Positions 38,712 through 44,061 of a DNA stretch of 44,061 bases are shown here, piece by piece. Position numbers and translations under genes: made by a program. The notes beneath the pieces were generated by a model. The model ran no database searches and was not told where the DNA came from. It worked only from the letters and a program-made list of their open reading frames with translations. The stretch lies in the NCBI GenBank assembly GCA_031364845.1, contig JANLWX010000222.1:1-44061 (forward strand), written 5' to 3'. Origin of the DNA: Candidatus Eiseniibacteriota bacterium. Lineage in GTDB: Bacteria > Eisenbacteria > RBG-16-71-46. Position 1 is the stretch's first letter, and each line of letters opens with the position of its first letter.

Positions 38712-39300
38712 GATCCCCTTTCCTCGTCAGTGGAATCACCACCGACTGTGTCTGACCATCCAGCGTCAGCTTCGCAACCATTGCGTCACGACGCATTTCT
38801 TCGACGTAACCGTTCATCACCTTGTCGCCCCGGCGGAGGATCAGGCTGTTGCCGCGGCCGTCCTCGACCAGCGCGAACGAATTCGCACCCCACACGATTC
38901 CGACCACCTTGATGCCGCCGACATCGACCGGGGCATTGCCGCCTTCGGTCGCGGGGATGAACCCGTCGACCAACGGCAGGAACGGATCGCGGCGTCCGAT
39001 CGCGTTGTACTGGTACTGCACGCTCTGTTCGATCTCAGCCGTCGGCAGAACCTTGGCGACCTTCGTCACTTTCGAAGCCTTCGCGGCTTTCGCCGCTGGC
39101 GATTCCCCGGGCCGTACGGTCGCGGCCGTCACGGCCGGTACTGCGGCCTTGGTCGTCGCGGTCGAGGCGTCGACGGTCGCCGGCTTCACGCCGGCTCCGC
39201 GCTGCCAGGCACCCGCGCCCACGATGCCGCCGAGTACCAGAGCCGCCGTGAGAATCTGGGCGGGCTCCGGCCTGCGCCGGCTACGATTTCTTGTGGACAT
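38692..39300 (-). CDS. pilP: PilP-like protein
   Basis: YNAIGRRDPFLP, IKVVGIVWG...ALVEDGRG; lies between pilO and pilQ; no lipobox Cys. Confidence 0.75.
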   Translation of the reverse strand: MSTRNRSRRRPEPAQILTAALVLGGIVGAGAWQRGAGVKPATVDASTATTKAAVPAVTAATVRPGESPAAKAAKASKVTKVAKVLPTAEIEQSVQYQYNAIGRRDPFLPLVDGFIPATEGGNAPVDVGGIKVVGIVWGANSFALVEDGRGNSLILRRGDKVMNGYVEEMRRDAMVAKLTLDGQTQSVVIPLTRKGDRANANR

Positions 39301-39940
39301 TCGGTTCCTCCTCCTTGTTCCGATTCGCCGCCGGAGCTTCAGGAGGCGTGGCCACGGTGTTCGCGGTGGTGTTGAGATGGTAGGACGAGGCTGTGAACTC
39401 GGCTTCGGTCGAGCCCGCGGGTCCGTCGCTCTTCGCTTCGATGGCCTTGAGCTTGAGTGCCGTCACGTTCACGATCCGCGGCAGGTTTGCGATGTTCGCG
39501 AGGAACGACGCGACCTGGTGGTAGGGACCGGAGACCGAGATCTCGATCGGCATCTCGGTGTAGTGCTGCTCGTTCTTCGGCTCGCCCGGCCGCACGACGG
39601 CCATGCCGATTCCGTTCTGCTGAGCCGCGAGCGTGATCTGACGCAGCAGGGTCGGCAACCGGTTCTCGGTCGGCACGAGCTGCGCCGCATGCGCCCACTG
39701 CGAATGGACGCGCGTGTACTCGGCTTCGAAGCGCGGCAGGTCGGCGACGGTCGCCCGCGCCTGAGCCAGCTCGGCCGAACGCTTCTCGTACTCCGCCTTG
39801 ATCTTCGTGATCTCGTCCTTCTTCTGCTTGTAGCCGAACGGCAGCAAGCTCGAGAAGAAGAACAGCCCGATCGCGCCGAGCGAGGCCATGAGCCCCAGAG
39901 CTGCGCGCTGCACCGACGGGCTTTTCAGGTTGATGCTCAT
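39281..39940 (-). CDS. pilO: Type IV pilus assembly protein PilO
   Basis: N-terminal TM, coiled coil, PTENRLPTLLRQI, YTEMPIEISVSGPYHQVASFLANIANLPRIVNV. Confidence 0.9.
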   Translation of the reverse strand: MSINLKSPSVQRAALGLMASLGAIGLFFFSSLLPFGYKQKKDEITKIKAEYEKRSAELAQARATVADLPRFEAEYTRVHSQWAHAAQLVPTENRLPTLLRQITLAAQQNGIGMAVVRPGEPKNEQHYTEMPIEISVSGPYHQVASFLANIANLPRIVNVTALKLKAIEAKSDGPAGSTEAEFTASSYHLNTTANTVATPPEAPAANRNKEEEPNVHKKS

Positions 39941-39949
39941 TCCGCCCTC

Positions 39950-40519
39950 CTAGTTCGCGCTGGGGTTCGAGACGATCTCGGACGTGATCTTGAAGCTGAC
40001 CACGTCGAATTCGGTGACCTTCTCCTGCTCGGCGAGCTGGAGCTTGACGTTGGTGAATCCGGGCAGCGCCTCGAGCCGCGACATGAGGTCCGACACGACC
40101 AGCACCGAAGACGTGGCGCCTTCGAGCGTCAGCTGGCCGTTCACGTCTTCGACCGAGGTGAACCACAGGTTGTCCGGCGCGCAGTTCGCGATGTCGTCCA
40201 TCAGCTTCACGCTCACCGTGCGGTGCGTCTCGAGCTTGTTGATGATCCCGAGCCGCAGGTCCAGTTCGGCGCGTTCCTGCGCGAGCAGATTGACGCGCGC
40301 GATCTGCGGAGCGAGGGCACGCGCCTGCTGATCGACGTCGGCGATCGACTGGTTGAGCGCCTTGATCTTCATCTGCTGCGCCATCGCCATGGTTCCGATG
40401 CCGCCGAGCGTGAGAACGACCATCGCCACCGGCAGCACCACGTCCCCGATCTTGGGGAGCGACATGCCGACATCGTGCTGTACCTTCTCCTCCCGCGGGA
40501 GAAGATTCATCCGGATCAT
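39950..40519 (-). CDS. pilN: Type IV pilus assembly protein PilN
   Basis: MIRMNLLP PilM-binding motif, TM, coiled coil, PDNLWFTS. Confidence 0.9.
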   Translation of the reverse strand: MIRMNLLPREEKVQHDVGMSLPKIGDVVLPVAMVVLTLGGIGTMAMAQQMKIKALNQSIADVDQQARALAPQIARVNLLAQERAELDLRLGIINKLETHRTVSVKLMDDIANCAPDNLWFTSVEDVNGQLTLEGATSSVLVVSDLMSRLEALPGFTNVKLQLAEQEKVTEFDVVSFKITSEIVSNPSAN

Positions 40520-41568
40520 TTCTTGTCTCCCAGACGGCGCATCGCGAGACCGATACCGACGGTCAACAGCGGAGCGACCTTCATGACGTCCTGTCCGCCG
40601 AACAACGCGGGATCGTAGGCGACGCGCGCAAGAGGATTGGCGATCTCAGCCGGCACGTTGAACCGGCGCTGCAGATACTCCTTGAGTCCCGGCGTCAGAG
40701 CGCTTCCGCCGCACAGCATGAGGCGCGAGATCGCGCCGGCTTCGTTCACCGTGCGCAGGTAGCCCTGCGCGCGCTCGAGCGCCAGGGCGAGTCCTTCGCA
40801 CGCCGTCTCGATCACCGGCACCATGTCCGGGCTCTGCTCGGCTTCACCGCGCACCGCGGCGGCCGCCTCGGCCTGGCTCAGGTTGAACTTGCGCTGGGCG
40901 GCTTCGATGAACGTATTGCCGCCGAGCTGCAGGTCCTTGGTGAAGTACGGGATCCCGGCCTGCGTGATGTCGATGTTCGTGATCTCGGAACCGATGTTGA
41001 GGATCGCGACCACTTCGGAGGGATCGAAGTCGTAGTTCGCTTCGAGCGCGTTCTGAGCCGCGAACGAATCGACGTCGACGATGTAGGGCGTCAAGCCGGC
41101 GTCGCGAATGAGATCGCTGAACGACAGCACCATGTCCTTCTTCGCCGCGACCAGCAGGACCTGCATCTGGTTCGGATCGTTCGGCGCGGGACCGAGGATC
41201 TCGAAATCGAGCGACACGTCGTTGATGTCGTAGGGAACGTGCTGCTCGGCTTCCCAGTACACCGCCTGCTGCGCGTCCTCGTGCGACAGCTTGTTCATGA
41301 GAATCTTCTTCACGATCACGGCGCGTCCGCTCACGGCGGCGACCACGGTCTTGGACTTGATCGCGCGGGTCTCGAGCAGATTCGAGATCGCATCGGAGAC
41401 CAGCTGGCGGTCCATGATCTCGCCGTCGACGATCGCTTCGCCGAGGGGAACGGAGATGCCCCAGTTCACGAGCCGATGGCCCTTCCCCGTGGACTCCAGC
41501 TCGACCGCCTTGATCGTGTGGCTTCCGATATCCAGCCCCACGAGCGATGGCTTCTTTCCGAACAGCAT
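40516..41568 (-). CDS. pilM: Type IV pilus assembly protein PilM
   Basis: VGLDIGSHTIKAVEL, EAEQHVPY, VLLVAAKK, VDVDSFA, LCGGSA, ANPL, VGIGLAMR; GGGAG SD. Confidence 0.95.
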   Translation of the reverse strand: MLFGKKPSLVGLDIGSHTIKAVELESTGKGHRLVNWGISVPLGEAIVDGEIMDRQLVSDAISNLLETRAIKSKTVVAAVSGRAVIVKKILMNKLSHEDAQQAVYWEAEQHVPYDINDVSLDFEILGPAPNDPNQMQVLLVAAKKDMVLSFSDLIRDAGLTPYIVDVDSFAAQNALEANYDFDPSEVVAILNIGSEITNIDITQAGIPYFTKDLQLGGNTFIEAAQRKFNLSQAEAAAAVRGEAEQSPDMVPVIETACEGLALALERAQGYLRTVNEAGAISRLMLCGGSALTPGLKEYLQRRFNVPAEIANPLARVAYDPALFGGQDVMKVAPLLTVGIGLAMRRLGDKK

Positions 41569-41686
41569 GTCGTCACTCCCTGGCAATGCGATCCGGTTAC
41601 TCCGGCACGCTCGGTAGATCGCTGGTCCGCCGCAGCACTCGCACGGTGCGAATCACAGTGGATGCGGTCGGCCCGACTCCCTGACT

Positions 41687-41714
41687 TGATCGGAAGGCCG
41701 CCACGGCACCTTGA
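41687..41714 (-). promoter_or_regulatory. Possible sigma28-like promoter upstream of pilM
   Basis: TCAAG-N15-TCCGATCA resembles the FliA/WhiG consensus (TAAAG...GCCGATAA). Confidence 0.35.
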
Positions 41715-41782
41715 GCCGCGTTATGCGCGATTTCCGCCCGCGCGGCGTGCGCGATGCACGGCCCCGCGATGATCGCTCCGGA

Positions 41783-42529
41783 TCAGTTTTTGAGCAGAAC
41801 TTGCGGCGTCGTAAGGCGTTTGACCGCGAGGTCCGATCTGCCACTGTCCAGAGCGCGGCGGATCCTGTGCATTTCCCGTTCCGCCATCACGCGCATCGCC
41901 TCATTCGCGGAAGACTCCTTCACATTGGCCCACAGCTCGTAGGCCACCGCGAGGTCTCCGGCGTGCTGGCGGGCGAAGGCCGCGAACCGCTTGGACTGCG
42001 GCGGGCCGTCGCTCTGGCGGGAGGCCTGCTCGAAGTACTCGGCGGCCCGCGCGAGGTCCCGGCCGCCCGGCCGCACGTAGTAGAGGAACCCGAGCTCGAA
42101 GGCGAGCCGGCCGCTCTTGGGATTGTGCTCGATGCCCTTGAGCATCAGACGCTCGGCCGAAGGGAAGTCACGGCCTTCCTGCGCGAGCGCGAACGCGCCG
42201 AAGACATAGGCTCCGACGAACTGCGGCGACAGTGTGGTGAGGATGTCGAAGATATGGCTCATGCGCTCGAAGCGGTTGTCGGTGTTGCGATGCTCGCCGT
42301 AGTACTGCACGGCGCGCATCCACGCGAGATCGGCCGCCGTCTCGGCATGGCCGAGCGTGGCCGGCCGCACATGGCTGCCGGAGGGATAGTAGGACAGCTC
42401 CTCGAGCGGATGCGGGCGCGGCAGCGCGTGGTAGGCACCGCGCGCGAAACCCATCGCCAATATTCCGAAGCCGAGCGCGACGAGCCACGCCAGCATCATG
42501 CGCGTGCGCGGGCTCGACCTTGGGTTCAC
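41783..42529 (-). CDS. Membrane-anchored TPR-like protein (PilG-like accessory of a pilus-linked ABC system)
   Basis: N-terminal TM; ADLAWMRAVQYYG, TTLSPQF, KGIEHNP helical repeats; GTG overlaps the permease stop. Confidence 0.6.
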   Translation of the reverse strand: MNPRSSPRTRMMLAWLVALGFGILAMGFARGAYHALPRPHPLEELSYYPSGSHVRPATLGHAETAADLAWMRAVQYYGEHRNTDNRFERMSHIFDILTTLSPQFVGAYVFGAFALAQEGRDFPSAERLMLKGIEHNPKSGRLAFELGFLYYVRPGGRDLARAAEYFEQASRQSDGPPQSKRFAAFARQHAGDLAVAYELWANVKESSANEAMRVMAEREMHRIRRALDSGRSDLAVKRLTTPQVLLKN

Positions 42530-43290
42530 TTGAAGTCCCGGCTCTCGAATGCCGCGGTCGCGAGTGCCAGCGCGCATCCGCAGTAAGTGAGCGCGTAGAG
42601 TGTCGCGATCAGCAGGTGATCGAGGCTCGTGACATGGGCGCCGGAGGCGAGGGCGCGCATGTTGAACAGCGGCAGGTTGGGCACCACGTTCGCGACGCTC
42701 GATAGCACGATTCCGAGCGGCTGCGGTGCGCGCTCGGCGAAGCCGCGCAGGTCGTAGCTCCACTGGCCGATCAGGTAGCAGGCGAGCGTGTAGAGCGCCG
42801 ACAGAACCGGCGTCGAGAGCGCCGAGAACAGCACCGCGATCGCGGTCACCACGCTCAGTTCGAGCGCGGTGAGGTAGACCGCCTGCGCGAGCCCCGGGCC
42901 GAAGCCCACGCCGCCGCGGGCGGCCAGCACGCCCCACAGCGCGAGTCCGAGGATCGCGCACACCGCCCACAGCGCGGCTGAGAGACCCGCCCACTTGCCG
43001 ATCAGGTACTCGTGCCGGGAGATCGGACGCGACAGCAGGTTGAAGATGGTGCGGCGTTCGATCTCCTTGGCGACGAGGCTGGTGCCGACCAGCAGCACCA
43101 CGAACATGCCGAGCAGTCCGATGCCGCTGAGCCCGAGATCGACCGTGATCCGCCGCCCCTCGCCCAGTGCGAGCGTTCCGATGATCTGAGTGCCGCCGAT
43201 CATCAGGAGCCCTGCGGTCACGATTCCCGCGAGCATCCGGTCGCGGGTCGCTTCGCGGAACGTGTTGTGGGCGACGATGAATGGAATCAC
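42526..43290 (-). CDS. ABC-2 type permease (PilI-like)
   Basis: NTFREATRDR, KEIERRTIFNLLSRPISRHEYLIGK, six hydrophobic segments, FESRDFK end. Confidence 0.85.
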   Translation of the reverse strand: MIPFIVAHNTFREATRDRMLAGIVTAGLLMIGGTQIIGTLALGEGRRITVDLGLSGIGLLGMFVVLLVGTSLVAKEIERRTIFNLLSRPISRHEYLIGKWAGLSAALWAVCAILGLALWGVLAARGGVGFGPGLAQAVYLTALELSVVTAIAVLFSALSTPVLSALYTLACYLIGQWSYDLRGFAERAPQPLGIVLSSVANVVPNLPLFNMRALASGAHVTSLDHLLIATLYALTYCGCALALATAAFESRDFK

Positions 43291-44061
43291 GTGGCGCTCA
43301 CGGCGTGATCTTCACGCGCCTCACCCGCACGGGCCGCCGACAGGAACAGCTCCTCGAGCGAAGAACGCTGCGGCGTGACGGCGCGCATGCCGACGCCGTT
43401 CTTCATCAGCCAGCCGACGACCGCGTCGAGCTGCGATGTGTCGGTGAGCATGAATGCGGTTCCGTCGGCGTGCTCGGAACGGGTCAGCACCGGGCGCCAG
43501 GCCGCGGGGATCTCGAGCAGCGGGCTTCCCACACAGCGGATCTCGACGCCATGCGCACCGTGCTCCATGAGATCTGCGAGCGTTGCCGAACGGACCAGTT
43601 CACCGTTCATGATGATCAGCACGCGATCGCACAGCATCTCGACGTCCGGCAGAATGTGCGACGAGAACAGGATGGTGGTGCCTTTCTCGCGCTGTTCAAG
43701 AATCAGCTCGCGCACGTCGCGACGCCCGAACGGATCGAGTCCGCTCATCGGCTCATCGAGAATCAAGAGCTCCGGGCGATGGACCAGTGCCGCCGCGAGC
43801 CCGAGGCGCTGGAGCATGCCCTTTGAATACTTGCGCAACACGAGCTTCGGACGATCGCCGAGCCCGACGCGTCCGAGCCATTCGCGCGCCTGGTTCGCGG
43901 CATCACGCGATGCGAGACCCGACAGGCGTGCCGCGAACTCGAGGTATTCGAAACCGTTCAGGTAGTCGTAGAAGTACGGCTGCTCCGGCAGGAACCCGAG
44001 GCGTCGGCGGCTTGCGACGTCGGTGATCGGCAGGCCGAACATCGAAGCGTCGCCGCGGGTC
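43287..44061 (-). CDS. ABC transporter ATP-binding protein (PilH-like), N-terminus outside the window
   Basis: GFLPEQPYFY, YSKGMLQRLGLA signature, LILDEPMSGLDP, FSSH; frame open to the window edge. Confidence 0.92.
   Translation of the reverse strand, partial: TRGDASMFGLPITDVASRRRLGFLPEQPYFYDYLNGFEYLEFAARLSGLASRDAANQAREWLGRVGLGDRPKLVLRKYSKGMLQRLGLAAALVHRPELLILDEPMSGLDPFGRRDVRELILEQREKGTTILFSSHILPDVEMLCDRVLIIMNGELVRSATLADLMEHGAHGVEIRCVGSPLLEIPAAWRPVLTRSEHADGTAFMLTDTSQLDAVVGWLMKNGVGMRAVTPQRSSLEELFLSAARAGEAREDHAVSAT

Noticed and set aside
41632..41660. AGCACTC half-site upstream of pilM as a CIRCE element
   Set aside because: No GAGTGCT arm at 9-bp spacing.

Overview
High-GC (my estimate ~68%) chromosomal segment from a diderm bacterium, as implied by LpxL, LolA-like and secretin genes; lineage cannot be fixed from this window. 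Nearly all genes are on the minus strand. In transcription order: ABC transporter + PilG-like gene, pilMNOPQ, aroK, lipoprotein + LolA-like pair, rsmD-coaD-pta-FmdB-aconitase-like-icd-obgE-HEAT-dprA-lpxL-thioesterase, then the only plus-strand gene (GH57 branching enzyme) divergent from a GAF-GAF histidine-kinase-like gene, tRNA-Phe, tRNA-Thr, a tyrosine integrase, glmM-glmS-ridA-selD-selC-DUF5683-lepA-lepB-hemW-hrcA-grpE-dnaJ-rsmE-rpsU-cvpA-mutS2-dnaG-rpoD and a tRNA cut by the window edge. Most interesting: (1) a cargo-less but apparently intact integrase beside tRNA-Thr(CGT), with three tandem TGGGCATACTT repeats and a 25/33 copy of the tRNA anticodon/T-arm region whose loop alone is rewritten; (2) two apparent pseudoenzymes with intact reading frames, a histidine kinase lacking its phospho-His and ATP boxes (with a [D/E]RR-repeat tail and a sigma54 promoter) and an aconitase lacking its Fe-S cysteines; (3) a selenocysteine-recoded SelD with a SECIS-like hairpin next to tRNA-Sec, which the ORF track misses. 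All calls come from reading motifs by eye; no searches were run.
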